Source: an uncultured Verrucomicrobia subdivision 3 bacterium
Lineage (GTDB): Bacteria > Verrucomicrobiota > Verrucomicrobiia > Limisphaerales > UBA11358
Assembly (NCBI GenBank): GCA_903917705.1
Contig: CAIXBQ010000141.1
Location: 26,861-90,860, forward strand
Reading direction: 5' to 3'
DNA: 64,000 bases
The notes under the pieces are model-generated. The model did not search any database. It had not been told where the DNA came from and saw nothing but the letters and a program-made list of their open reading frames with translations. Of this stretch, positions 38,448 to 47,989 are shown in pieces (the stretch's first letter is position 1; each line of letters begins with the position of its first letter). The translations under genes and the position numbers were made by a program.

Positions 38448-38987
38448 ATGCAGAGCGATCGTCATCCGTCGAATCTCGCGCTCATCGGCTTCATGGGCAC
38501 GGGCAAGACCTCCGTGGGCCGGCTCGTCGCCGAATCGCTCGGCTTTGAATTCATCGACACCGACGAATTCGTCCAGCAGCTCACGAACCGAACCATCGCC
38601 GACATCTTCGCCCAGGAAGGGGAACCCGCCTTCCGCGAGCTGGAACGCCAGGCCGTCCGCGAGCTGGCCGGCCGCGAAAAGACCGTCATCGCCACCGGCG
38701 GCGGGCTCCCGGCCCACGGCGACAATCTCGCCACCCTGAAATCCTTTGCCCTGGTCATCTGCCTCTGGGCCTCGCCCGAAAAGATCTGGGAGCGCGTGCG
38801 CCACCAGTCGCACCGTCCCCTGCTCCACGATGCCGACCCGCAGAAAAAGATCCGCGACCTGCTCGCCCTGCGCGCCCCGTTCTACCGCCAGGCCGATGTG
38901 CTCATCAACACCGATCTGCGCTCCCTCCGCGAGGTGGCCGGACAGATCACCCTCCAATACAAGCTCGCCGACCGGAAAAGACGATGA
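38448..38987 (+). CDS. aroK: Shikimate kinase
   Basis: LIGFMGTGKTSVGR...DTD...GGG motifs. Confidence 0.9.
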   Translation: MQSDRHPSNLALIGFMGTGKTSVGRLVAESLGFEFIDTDEFVQQLTNRTIADIFAQEGEPAFRELERQAVRELAGREKTVIATGGGLPAHGDNLATLKSFALVICLWASPEKIWERVRHQSHRPLLHDADPQKKIRDLLALRAPFYRQADVLINTDLRSLREVAGQITLQYKLADRKRR

Positions 38988-40012
38988 AGCCGGCCCTCCG
39001 TCAGCGCGCGGCGGAACTCGGGTTTGACGACTGCCGCATCACCGCCGCCGCTCCGCCCGCCAGCGCGGAACATCTCCGCCGCTGGCTCGAACAGAATCAG
39101 CACGGCGAAATGGCCTGGCTCGCGCGCAACGCGGACAAGCGCGCCGACCCGCAAAAAGTCCTGCCCGGGGCCAGGAGCCTCCTCTGCCTCGCCGTCAGCT
39201 ACGCGCCGGAAAATCCGCCCGACCCGCCGCTCGGCGCCCGCGCCGGCGTCATCGCCCGCTATGCCCGGTATGCCGATTACCATGACATCCTCGCCGGCCG
39301 GCTGAAATCGCTGACGCAATATCTCGCCGAACTCGGCGGCGCGGACACCCGCTCGCTCTGGTATGTGGACACCGGGCCGTTTCTCGAGCGCGACCTCGCC
39401 CAGCGCGCCGGCCTCGGCTTTGTCGGCAAGCACACCAATCTCATCAGCCGCCGCCTCGGCAACTGGATCTTTCTCGCCGAAATCCTGACCACCCTGGAGC
39501 TAGAGCCCGACACCCCGGAGTCCAACCATTGCGGCAGCTGCACGCGCTGCCTCGCCGCCTGCCCCACCGCCGCCATCACCGCCCCGTTCCAGCTCGATGC
39601 GCGCCGATGCATCTCCTACCTCACGATTGAATTGAAAGGTTCCATCCCGGTTGAATTCCGCCCCGCCATCGGCAGCCGCATCTACGGCTGCGACGACTGC
39701 CTGGCCGCCTGTCCGTGGAACCGGTTTGCCCGCGCCGGCCGCCTCATGCAGCCGCACGCCCGGCCGGACCTGTCGGCCCCCGACCTCCTTGAGCTGCTGC
39801 AGCTCGACGCGGCCGGGTTCAAGGCGCGGTTTGCCGGCTCCCCCGTGCTGCGGACCAAGCGGCGCGGCTTCTTGCGCAATGTCGCCGTGGCGCTTGGCAA
39901 TGTGGGCGATGCCGCCGCGCTGCCTGCCCTCGCGAAAGCGGCCGCCGACCCCGAGCCGCTCATCGCCGAACACGCGCAATGGGCCATCGGCCAGATCCAG
40001 TCGCGGCGCTGA
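38984..40012 (+). CDS. queG: Epoxyqueuosine reductase
   Basis: HGEMAWL...CGSCTRCLAACPTAAI...CISYLTIE...CDDCLAACPWN. The start overlaps the aroK stop. Confidence 0.9.
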   Translation: MKPALRQRAAELGFDDCRITAAAPPASAEHLRRWLEQNQHGEMAWLARNADKRADPQKVLPGARSLLCLAVSYAPENPPDPPLGARAGVIARYARYADYHDILAGRLKSLTQYLAELGGADTRSLWYVDTGPFLERDLAQRAGLGFVGKHTNLISRRLGNWIFLAEILTTLELEPDTPESNHCGSCTRCLAACPTAAITAPFQLDARRCISYLTIELKGSIPVEFRPAIGSRIYGCDDCLAACPWNRFARAGRLMQPHARPDLSAPDLLELLQLDAAGFKARFAGSPVLRTKRRGFLRNVAVALGNVGDAAALPALAKAAADPEPLIAEHAQWAIGQIQSRR

Positions 40013-40216
40013 GCCTCCCGGCGCATTCACCCCGCCGGCCGGGCGGCCGGTCAACAATCGTTGACGGCGACGGGGCAAAGTCATAAAGTCGGTCAACCCT
40101 GACACGCTTAGCTTTTGGCCGACCGCCACGGGTGCGGTTGCGCCGGGGCGGTCCCCGCGATCAGACGGCGGCGGCCCGGCTTGCGCGGTTGGCGAACAAC
40201 CTCATTTTTGGGTTTT

Positions 40217-40603
40217 ATGCGCTGCTATTATCATCCGGAAAAAGAAGCCGTCGGGATTTGCAAATGTTGCGGCAAGGGTTTATGCCCGGATTGTGCCGCG
40301 GACATCGGCAAGGGGCTCGCCTGCCGCGGACAATGCGAGGAGGATGTCCGCGCGGTCGTCGCGCTCATCGACCGCAACATCCAGCTCGCGCCGAAGACCG
40401 GCCAGATCCTGGAGTCCAGCCGGAAAATCCGGTCGGGGGCGGCCACCTTCAACCTGGTCATCGGCGCGGTCTTCGTGGCCTGGGGTTTTTCCAACCTGGA
40501 CCACTTGGGCTTCGTCGTGATTCTCGGGACCTGTTTTCTGATCTATGGAATTTACGGGCTGATGCAGGCCCGCAAAGCAGCGAAAGATAAACCGCCGGCC
40601 TGA
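40217..40603 (+). CDS. B-box-type zinc-finger protein with two C-terminal TM helices
   Basis: MRCYYHPEKEAVGICKCCGKGLCPDCA followed by hydrophobic segments. Confidence 0.6.
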   Translation: MRCYYHPEKEAVGICKCCGKGLCPDCAADIGKGLACRGQCEEDVRAVVALIDRNIQLAPKTGQILESSRKIRSGAATFNLVIGAVFVAWGFSNLDHLGFVVILGTCFLIYGIYGLMQARKAAKDKPPA

Positions 40604-40629
40604 CCGCAGGGCCCAGCCGGCCCAGCGCC

Positions 40630-40977
40630 ATGTCCAAGCCATTCATCATTGTTTTAGCCGTCACCTCCGCGGTCTGCCTGGCGGTTGGCATCCCCAACTT
40701 CATCCGGGCGCGCTCCCAGTCATCCGCTGCCCCCTGTGTGAACACCCTGCGGGTGATCGACGCCGCGAAGCATCAGTGGGCGCTTGAGGCGCACAAGACC
40801 ACCGCTGACATGCCCACCTGGGCCGACCTCCGGCCGTTCCTGCCGGATTCGTGGACGAACAGTCTTTGGAAAAATGGGAAGGTCAATTGCCCCGCCGGCG
40901 GCACCTTTACCATCGGACGGGTTGGCAAGTCGCCCAGTTGTTCCATGGGCGGAGACCTGCACACCGTTCCGCAATGA
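40630..40977 (+). CDS. Pseudopilin-like small protein lacking the prepilin cleavage motif
   Basis: N-terminal helix, then IPNFIRARSQSSAAPCVNTLRVIDAAKHQWALE (GspG/PulG-like head start). No G/FTLIE motif. Confidence 0.5.
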   Translation: MSKPFIIVLAVTSAVCLAVGIPNFIRARSQSSAAPCVNTLRVIDAAKHQWALEAHKTTADMPTWADLRPFLPDSWTNSLWKNGKVNCPAGGTFTIGRVGKSPSCSMGGDLHTVPQ

Positions 40978-41243
40978 GGCCCTCGCTGAAATACACCGTT
41001 CTGGCCGGCGCGCTGATCATCGCCGCCCAGTATTGGGCCCTCGCCACTTATTCCTGCTGGCTCACTCGCGATGATTCCAAGGCGGTAGAGGATTTCTCAC
41101 ACGCGCACAGGTTGCTGTCAGCCTTGGCCGCGGGCTTTTGGGTAACCGATTCGCTGGGCGGCCGGTATCTCGTCATCGTGGCACTGGGCATCCTCTGTTG
41201 GTGGATGCTCAAACCCCAGAAACATGAGCCGCACGACTCTTAA
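40974..41243 (+). CDS. Small membrane protein (hypothetical)
   Basis: Its ATG overlaps the upstream stop (ATGA). Three hydrophobic segments. Confidence 0.4.
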   Translation: MRPSLKYTVLAGALIIAAQYWALATYSCWLTRDDSKAVEDFSHAHRLLSALAAGFWVTDSLGGRYLVIVALGILCWWMLKPQKHEPHDS

Positions 41244-41339
41244 CCCGATTGCGACGCGCCGTTCTAAGTCGCTCGCCAGCCGGGCCCGCGTTCCCCTAGA
41301 TGGCGTGGAAATGCAAACCTGTGACCCCGCCCATCGCAC

Positions 41340-41414
41340 TGTAGCGGCGCTCTATGAGCGCCGAAGACTGTTGAAATTGCCAGTGAACCACGACGGTCAT
41401 AGACCGCCGCTACA
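41340..41414. repeat. REP-type inverted pair (TGTAGCGGCGCTCTATGA ... TCATAGACCGCCGCTACA)
   Basis: The 18-bp arms match at 17 of 18 positions and are separated by 39 bp. Confidence 0.7.
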
Positions 41415-41504
41415 AAGAAAAGCAGCTTCTGCAGCGGACTCAACCTGTGAAAGAACGCCCTCCTTCAGCGGATCACCCGTTGAGCGGCGACGCAGGCCTC
41501 ATCC

Positions 41505-41906
41505 ATGAACCGCTCCTGCCTGAAAATAATCCGGTTGCTTCTCGTTGCCGCGGTCGCGGCCGGCTGTCAGACGGCGCCTCCCACCGGACCGGCTCAGCGG
41601 CAGGCGGAAGCCAAGATCCAGTTCCGGCTGGCGGACATCCGGCCCGACGGATTGCGCGGACCGCCGGACGGCTTGGTGTCGGTGGCCTATGAATTTTGCG
41701 TGCCGGCGAACGACCGGGTGTATCAGGAAGTGCGGCGGATAGATCCCGGCATCCAAATCTGTCCCGGTTCAACCGGCCGCATCGGCTGCACCAAAGTCCA
41801 GACACTGTGCCTGGGCAACACGCATCAGCCGCATTGGCGCGAAGTGTTGCTGCGGCTGGCGTCGCTGCCCTATGTCACGGAAATACGCGAGTGTTTCTTT
41901 GAGTGA
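41505..41906 (+). CDS. Hypothetical lipoprotein
   Basis: Lipobox LLVAAVAAGC. No family recognised. Confidence 0.5.
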   Translation: MNRSCLKIIRLLLVAAVAAGCQTAPPTGPAQRQAEAKIQFRLADIRPDGLRGPPDGLVSVAYEFCVPANDRVYQEVRRIDPGIQICPGSTGRIGCTKVQTLCLGNTHQPHWREVLLRLASLPYVTEIRECFFE

Positions 41907-42236
41907 CAATTCTGAAGCCGGCGGCCCCTCAAAGCACCGCAGGTGCGGAATCTCTGTAGAACAACCCTGCCAAAGGGTTCAAGCCCCATCGGGGCGGCAT
42001 ATTCCGGTGATGTCGCCCCTGACGGAGCTTGGTTATCTTTGGGTTCTCAATCTACAAATATGCCGCACCTAACGGCGCTCCCGGGTCCGTGCCGGACTTG
42101 TTTTCAAAAGCTGGCCTGCCGTCTAAAATCATCAGGAACAATAGGGAAAACATTGTAAAATAAGGGCGAAAGGCCAATCCAGTAGCTCCGCTGCCAATCT
42201 GCCAAAATGCGCGCCAATGGGGTGTAAAAAGTCATT

Positions 42237-42545
42237 TGTGGCAACCTGTGGCAACCGAGTTCGTATCAATTTAGTGTCTAAACGAGGATCTTTATCGAAG
42301 AACTGCAACGAGGGTTCTGGGCTTGCTTCGAAAAAAACAGACAGTGAAATCGAGTCATTTGGTTAGTTGTTTTTGGATTCGAAGTCAACTGGGGAAAGAA
42401 AGTTAAGGGCACCATGAAGGCGCTTGGGATTTTTGAAACATTCGATTGTAATCGAAGATGGCGGTGCGGGCTTCTTGGTGTGTGGCGAACTCCCGGCGAT
42501 AAACCAGTTCCCATTACTCCTGTCAGGCTTTTGGCATGATGCTTA
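42237..42545 (-). pseudogene. 3' remnant of an IS3-family element (frameshifted C-terminal integrase fragment plus putative end)
   Basis: Minus-strand frames read ...ELVYRREFATHQEARTAIFDY / IECFKNPKRLHGALNFLSPVDFESK, the typical C-terminus of an IS3 OrfB. A tandem TGTGGCAACC x2 at 42237..42256 may be the element end. Confidence 0.55.
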
Positions 42546-43504
42546 GAGTCCGTCTGAAAAATCATGAATGATGAGGAATCAAGCGAGTCGGCGGAGTTGA
42601 ATTCGGATCATCGCGATATAGATCCACGCCACGGCGCTGGACTCGGTGGTTTCGTAATCGCGCACGAGTCGCCGCTGATGCATCAACCAGCCGAAAGTTC
42701 GCTCGACCACCCAGCGGCGCGCCAATACTTTGAAGCCCTTGGCCGTGTCGGAGCGTTTAATGACCTCAACGGCGAGTTTGGGGTGGAGTCCTTTGACCCA
42801 ATGGGCAAAGGCATCGCCGGTATAACCCCCATCCACCCAGAGGATGCGCAGCCAGGTGAACCAGCCCAGGACACGGCCCAAAAGCAATTGGGCACCGGCG
42901 CGTTCGGTGGTGTTGGCTGGAGTCACGGCCACGCCGAGCACCAGCCCCAACGTATCCACCAGCAGATGCCGCTTGCGGCCTTTGATCCGTTTGCCAGCGT
43001 CATAACCCACGGGGCCGCCGTGCCCCGCCGATTTCACACTTTGACTGTCCAGAATCGCGGCCGTGGGCCGGCTGCGCTTGTCATAAGTTCGGCGCACGAG
43101 CGTGCGCAGCGCGTCGTTGAGGGCCGCCCACTGGTGGTTGAGCGTCCATTGCCGGAAGATATGATAGACGGTTTTCCACGGGGGAAAGTCGGTGGGTAGA
43201 TACCGCCACGGGCAGCCACATTTGACGACATAGAGGATGGCATCCAGGATACGCCGCCGGTCGGTGGGCGGGCGTCCACGTTTGGCGGGTTTGGGGAGCA
43301 GCGGTGGGAGGTAAGCCCATTGGGCGTCGGTGAGGCTGGTTTCGTATATGGCGTTTTTCACGCCCCAACTGAAGCTGCGCTTAAAATGAGCCGCCCCAAC
43401 CCAGGCCAGATGTCAACCCATTCCTCATTTTTCTTTCACTCGTCTTCCAGCAGACCACCCGAATCTCAACGTTTTTCCCAAAAACCGATTATTCAGACGG
43501 ACTC
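42546..43504 (-). mobile_element. Intact IS5-family insertion sequence (959 bp) with a 3-bp TTA target duplication
   Basis: Inverted repeats GAGTCCGTCTGAA(A/T)AATC at both ends. TTA at 42543..42545 and 43505..43507. Confidence 0.8.
42579..43361 (-). CDS. IS5-family DDE transposase
   Basis: LTDAQWAYLPPLLP...GRPPTDRRRILDAILYVVKCGCPWRYLP...DSQSVK...VDGGYTG...RWVVERTFGWL. Confidence 0.9.
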   Translation of the reverse strand: MKNAIYETSLTDAQWAYLPPLLPKPAKRGRPPTDRRRILDAILYVVKCGCPWRYLPTDFPPWKTVYHIFRQWTLNHQWAALNDALRTLVRRTYDKRSRPTAAILDSQSVKSAGHGGPVGYDAGKRIKGRKRHLLVDTLGLVLGVAVTPANTTERAGAQLLLGRVLGWFTWLRILWVDGGYTGDAFAHWVKGLHPKLAVEVIKRSDTAKGFKVLARRWVVERTFGWLMHQRRLVRDYETTESSAVAWIYIAMIRIQLRRLA

Positions 43505-44710
43505 TTAGACTCTCTGGCCTTGCTTCCGGTAGTCTGTCGGACTCATGCCTTCTTTGAGTCGGAAGAAGCGGGCGAAAGAGTTGCTGTCGGAAAAACCGCA
43601 GCATTCCGAAATGCTGGTCATGGAAATTTTGGTGCTGGCCAGCAACCGGCGCGCTTCCTCCAGTTTCCGCTGTTCGATGGCCTCAAGCGGCGTGACGCCA
43701 GTGGCCGCCTTGAAGTGGGTGTAGAACGTCTTCTCCGAAACATGCTGGGTTTCCCGGATCACCTGGTTGACCGTGATGTGTTGGCAGGCATGCTTCTGAA
43801 TGTAATCCTTGGCGGCGTTGATGTCGCAAATTTCAACCGGCATCTGCCCGGTGGATTCGCGCACGCGCAGCTCCATCGCTTCGACTTTTGTGGAGGCCGG
43901 CGGGGGAAGGTCGCCTTTCAGCACCTTGCGGAGCAACTCCATTGCCGTTCGGCCGATTTCATGAGTATCGCTCTGCACGGTGGTCAAGGTGGGGCTGCTG
44001 AGCAGCGACGTCTGAAAATCATCATACCCTATCACGGCGATATCTTCCGGCACCCGCAAACCCAGTTTTTGGCAAACTCGGATGAGATAACCGCCGCCAC
44101 CGGTGGTGGTGCAGACGATTCCACTCGGCTTGGGAAGCCGCTCCAGCCACCGGCGAAGCCGCTCCGGAATTCGCCCAATGGGTTCGTCGAAGTGTTCCAG
44201 CAGTTTGGGATCCACCACTTCACACAAGCTGGCAGCGGACGGATTGGCCGGGAGGACAACTTGATTGAAAGCCCTCCGCCTGAGTTCGTGCAGCGGCGGA
44301 TCCTCCAAATCAAGGAAAGCGATGGACTTCAACCCCAGTTGCCGTAGATGTTGGGCGCTGACGGCAAACATGCCTGGCGTGCTGCCCGCCACGACCATCA
44401 CCGGCGGCTGGTGTCGGGCGGCAAACATGTTTACCGTTGGTTTAGGCTGCGGCAGCGCCTGGACCAATTCATTCAAGGCCTGCGCGTTCAGCGCGCAGAG
44501 CAAGCCATCGGGATTCCAGCGCAACAAACTGTTCAATTCCGACTGATAGGCTGCCCCCGCATCTGATGTCAGCGTTCTGTCGGGGAGCCGAAAGTCGCGG
44601 CACACGAGCTTGGGCCGGCCGGCGACCACCGACAGCGCGCCGAGCATGAGCTGGTGGATATACGGCGAGCTGATAAAGGTCACCAAGGCGACTTTGTAAG
44701 TATTGGCCAC
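43505..44710 (-). CDS. XylR-like regulator (LacI-type sugar-binding domain plus AraC-type HTH)
   Basis: IAVIGYDD periplasmic-binding-like core. C-terminal AraC HTH (...SISECCGFSDSNSFARFFRLKEGMSPTDYRK). Confidence 0.8.
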   Translation of the reverse strand: MANTYKVALVTFISSPYIHQLMLGALSVVAGRPKLVCRDFRLPDRTLTSDAGAAYQSELNSLLRWNPDGLLCALNAQALNELVQALPQPKPTVNMFAARHQPPVMVVAGSTPGMFAVSAQHLRQLGLKSIAFLDLEDPPLHELRRRAFNQVVLPANPSAASLCEVVDPKLLEHFDEPIGRIPERLRRWLERLPKPSGIVCTTTGGGGYLIRVCQKLGLRVPEDIAVIGYDDFQTSLLSSPTLTTVQSDTHEIGRTAMELLRKVLKGDLPPPASTKVEAMELRVRESTGQMPVEICDINAAKDYIQKHACQHITVNQVIRETQHVSEKTFYTHFKAATGVTPLEAIEQRKLEEARRLLASTKISMTSISECCGFSDSNSFARFFRLKEGMSPTDYRKQGQRV

Positions 44711-44723
44711 AGGGTGACGTTTG

Positions 44724-44828
44724 CAGGAATTGCATAAACTAGCAAGGGATGAATTCTTACCTTGCCCGAAGCAATTGCTTCTTCAGGAATTGCATAACGA
44801 TTTACAGGAAGTGCTCTATCCTTTATTC
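44724..44828. promoter_or_regulatory. Divergent control region with CAGGAA half-sites and a conserved element of about 45 bp
   Basis: CAGGAATTGCATAA at 44724 and 44784. CAGGAA at 44805, 21 bp from 44784. The stretch 44783..44828 is about 90 percent identical to 58226..58270. Confidence 0.5.
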
Positions 44829-45021
44829 CTGCCTTGGCAGTAAAATCCCGCGACAGATAAACCAAAACCCGTCTTATGAAATGAAAATCAAGCGGATAAG
44901 CATACTCTTCCTGGTCGACGACATGGCGTCCGGCCTGTTTCAACTCGCCGCCGCTGCGCTCGGAACCACGGCAAGCCCCGCTGAGAAGCATTCCATAAGT
45001 GGAACAACAGGAAGCGCAGAA

Positions 45022-47979
45022 ATGAAGATTCATTTTAGAGCAGTCACGGGCATTGCCTTTTTTTTCGCCGGCTGCCTGCTTTTGAGTGGAAGTCCGGTTT
45101 TGCGTAATCCGGTTAGCTTCGATGACGGTTGGGAGTCGTTCACGGTTCGTCTCAACGAGGCGGACTCCGCCTTCGCCGGGCGCAAGCCAATCCCCTCGGC
45201 GGGCTGGAAAGTTTTGTCCGTCTCCAGTCAGGAAACCCAAAGCGAGTCCGCTCCGGCCGCCAAAGCTTTCGACAATGATCCCGGCACGTTTTGGCACACC
45301 CGCTACACCGGCGGCACCGACAAGATGCCGCATGAACTGGTGATTGATCTCGGGAAAGCGGTCGAGGCTTCCGCGTTTTTTTATCAAGGGCGGCAGGACG
45401 CCAGCAAAAACGGTCTCGTCCGCGACTTTGAAACTTATTTCTCCGAATCCTCTGCCGACTGGGGCGCGCCGGTCGTCAAGGCGGCTTGCTCCGACCGTTC
45501 CGCGCCGCAGGTCTTCGATTTCCAGCAGCCGCGCAAAGGCCGCCACCTTAAATTCGTCGCCAAATCCGCGCTCAACGGCGCTCCTTTCGCCGGTGCCGCT
45601 GAACTCGGACTGCTCGGCATCTCCGCGAAAAGTCTCGGAACTTCCTGGGAATCGCAGTTCACCACCGAACACACCGATCAATCACAGGCCCTCGCTCCGA
45701 TGACGGACGCCGATCTCGTCAAGCTCCGTCCGGGTTTTGCCAAGGCGGATTGGAAACCCGTCATGCTGCCTCATACCGCTGTCATCGAGCCGCGCGAAAT
45801 CAGCAATCCGCAGACGGTGCTCGCCTTCTACCGCAAGACATTTACGCCGCCGGCCGAATGGCAGGGGAAGCGCGTCGCGCTTGAATTTGAAGGCGTCATG
45901 CAGATTTCCGATTACTGGCTCAACGGCGAGCATCTCCATTTCCAAGCTGGCGGTTACATGGGATTCGTCCTCGACCTGTCCGATAAACTTAAATTCGGGC
46001 AACCCAATGAACTAATTGTCCGGGCCGACAACCGCGAGCATCCGCTGGTTCCGCCGGGCAAACCGGTCAAATCCATGGATTTCTGTTACCACTCCGGCAT
46101 CTACCGCGATGTCAACCTGCTGGTGACCGATCCGCTGCACATCACCCATCCGCTCGAAGCCGACACCGTTGCCGGCGGCGGCATCTTCGTCACCTATCCT
46201 GAAGTTTCTGCGGAATCCGCAACCGTCCAAATTAAAGTGCAGATTAAAAACAACCGCCAAAATTCCTCGGACGCGGCAGTTCGTTGTTCACTATCCGACC
46301 GCCCCGATTTGTCCGCCGTCTCCGAGTCCATCCCGCTCGCTTCCGGGGAAACGAAAGAAGTGATCCTTCAAATCAAGGTCCAGAATCCAAAGCTCTGGTA
46401 TCCCGACTCGCCGAACCTTTATTCACTCAAAACCGAACTGATTGCCGATCAGCAAACCGTTGACACCCAATCCCAGCGCATCGGCATCCGCAAATTTGAA
46501 GTCTCCAAAGCCGAAGGTCTCAAGATCAACGGGAAGCCGATCCGCATCGTGGGTGCCAACCGCCATCAGGAATACCCTTGGATCGGCAACGCGCTTTCCA
46601 ACGAGGCAAATTACCGCGATGCGTGGATTATCAAAAACGGCGGATTCAACTTAGTGCGGCTTTGCCACTACACTCAAGACCCATCGTTTTACGAAGCGTG
46701 CGATGAGCTTGGCATCCTCGTCACCGACGAGATTCCTGGCTGGCAGTTCTTTAACAAAAATCCAGAATTCACCAACCGCGTCTTCCGCGATACCCGCGAG
46801 ATGATCCGCCGCGACCGCAATCATCCCTGCGTGCTCTTTTGGGAAACCTCCCTCAACGAGGCCAACCCGCCAGTCGAATTTTCTCGGAAGCTAGTCGTCA
46901 TCGCCCATCAGGAGTTTCCCGGTTGTCTCACTTCCGGTGACAGCAGTTACACCGGACCCAAAAATCCCACCACCTTCGATGTTCCGCACAACACCTTTGT
47001 CCAAACGAAAGACAGCATCACGCGCAAGCAACTTGTTGAGACCAACAACCCCTGCTACAACCGTGAATACGGCGACTATGAGTTCGGCGGCGGCAGCTCC
47101 ACCACCCGCCGCCGTAGAAGTGCCGGTGAACAGGAGCTGCTCAATGCTTGCTGGAACTTCTATTGGGAGGACAACCTGCTCCAGAAAGACTGGCCGCAAA
47201 CCATCGGCAACTGCATCTGGGTCATGTTCGACCATAACCGGGGCTGGGACCCTCGTGTTTCCTGCTGCGGCGCCGCCGACCTCCTCCGCATCCCCAAATT
47301 CACCTACTATTTTTATCAATCCCAGCGCAATCCCGCAGTGGCGTCCGTCGGGCATGGCATCGAGGCCGGTCCGATGGTCTATATCGCCAATTACTGGACG
47401 CCCCGTCCTTCTCCCGCCAAAGTCGTCGTCTTCTCCAACGGCGAGGAAGTCGAGTTGATGCTCAACGGCAAATCCGTTGCCCGCCAGAAACCCGACGAAG
47501 GCCCTGACACGGCGCATCCCCAATTTTCCGACAAACCGGGACTCAGCCGGTGGGACGGCGGGAACTGCCGGAACCTCGATCACCCGGCGTTCACCTTCAA
47601 CATTTCTTTCGAGTCCGGCGAGTTGAAAGCCGTCGCCTACATCAATGGCCGGAAAGTTGCCGAACATGCCGTCAAAACTCCCGGCAAGCCCGCGAAAATC
47701 CGGCTCACGCCCGATCTCGCCGGCAAGCCGCTTGCGAAAGCCGCAAAGGATACGCTTTTCATCCGCGCTGAAATCATTGACGGGAATGGAACCATGATTC
47801 CCGACGCCACCCTGCCGGTGTCCTTCAAACTCGCCAACGCCGAATTGGCCTCGCCGGAAACCGTCCCCGCTGAAGCCGGCATCGCCACCGCCCTTATCAT
47901 CACCCACGGCAACGGCGCGGTTGCCGTCACCGCCACCGCCGAAGGTCTCCCGTCTGCACAAATCACAATCAATCAATAA
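45022..47979 (+). CDS. Glycoside hydrolase family 2 with an N-terminal F5/8 type C (discoidin) domain
   Basis: Start at [18 protein letters not shown]. Discoidin-like [16 protein letters not shown]2 sugar-binding [17 protein letters not shown]...WLNG and a TIM-barrel region ([22 protein letters not shown]). Confidence 0.8.
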   Translation: MKIHFRAVTGIAFFFAGCLLLSGSPVLRNPVSFDDGWESFTVRLNEADSAFAGRKPIPSAGWKVLSVSSQETQSESAPAAKAFDNDPGTFWHTRYTGGTDKMPHELVIDLGKAVEASAFFYQGRQDASKNGLVRDFETYFSESSADWGAPVVKAACSDRSAPQVFDFQQPRKGRHLKFVAKSALNGAPFAGAAELGLLGISAKSLGTSWESQFTTEHTDQSQALAPMTDADLVKLRPGFAKADWKPVMLPHTAVIEPREISNPQTVLAFYRKTFTPPAEWQGKRVALEFEGVMQISDYWLNGEHLHFQAGGYMGFVLDLSDKLKFGQPNELIVRADNREHPLVPPGKPVKSMDFCYHSGIYRDVNLLVTDPLHITHPLEADTVAGGGIFVTYPEVSAESATVQIKVQIKNNRQNSSDAAVRCSLSDRPDLSAVSESIPLASGETKEVILQIKVQNPKLWYPDSPNLYSLKTELIADQQTVDTQSQRIGIRKFEVSKAEGLKINGKPIRIVGANRHQEYPWIGNALSNEANYRDAWIIKNGGFNLVRLCHYTQDPSFYEACDELGILVTDEIPGWQFFNKNPEFTNRVFRDTREMIRRDRNHPCVLFWETSLNEANPPVEFSRKLVVIAHQEFPGCLTSGDSSYTGPKNPTTFDVPHNTFVQTKDSITRKQLVETNNPCYNREYGDYEFGGGSSTTRRRRSAGEQELLNACWNFYWEDNLLQKDWPQTIGNCIWVMFDHNRGWDPRVSCCGAADLLRIPKFTYYFYQSQRNPAVASVGHGIEAGPMVYIANYWTPRPSPAKVVVFSNGEEVELMLNGKSVARQKPDEGPDTAHPQFSDKPGLSRWDGGNCRNLDHPAFTFNISFESGELKAVAYINGRKVAEHAVKTPGKPAKIRLTPDLAGKPLAKAAKDTLFIRAEIIDGNGTMIPDATLPVSFKLANAELASPETVPAEAGIATALIITHGNGAVAVTATAEGLPSAQITINQ

Positions 47980-47989
47980 AGGCTCCATT

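Noticed and set aside
38361-38957. N-terminal extension of the listed 389-aa minus ORF (37788..38957)
   Set aside because: The extension is antisense to aroK and low-complexity. The Maf homology starts at the GTG at 38360 (VKLPLLILASASPRR).
41950-42100. Possible small RNA or tRNA-like element (GGGTTCAAGCCCC, ...CAAATATGCCGCACCTAACGGCGCT)
   Set aside because: It looks like a member of the GC-rich intergenic repeat families. No cloverleaf or known RNA motif could be built by hand.
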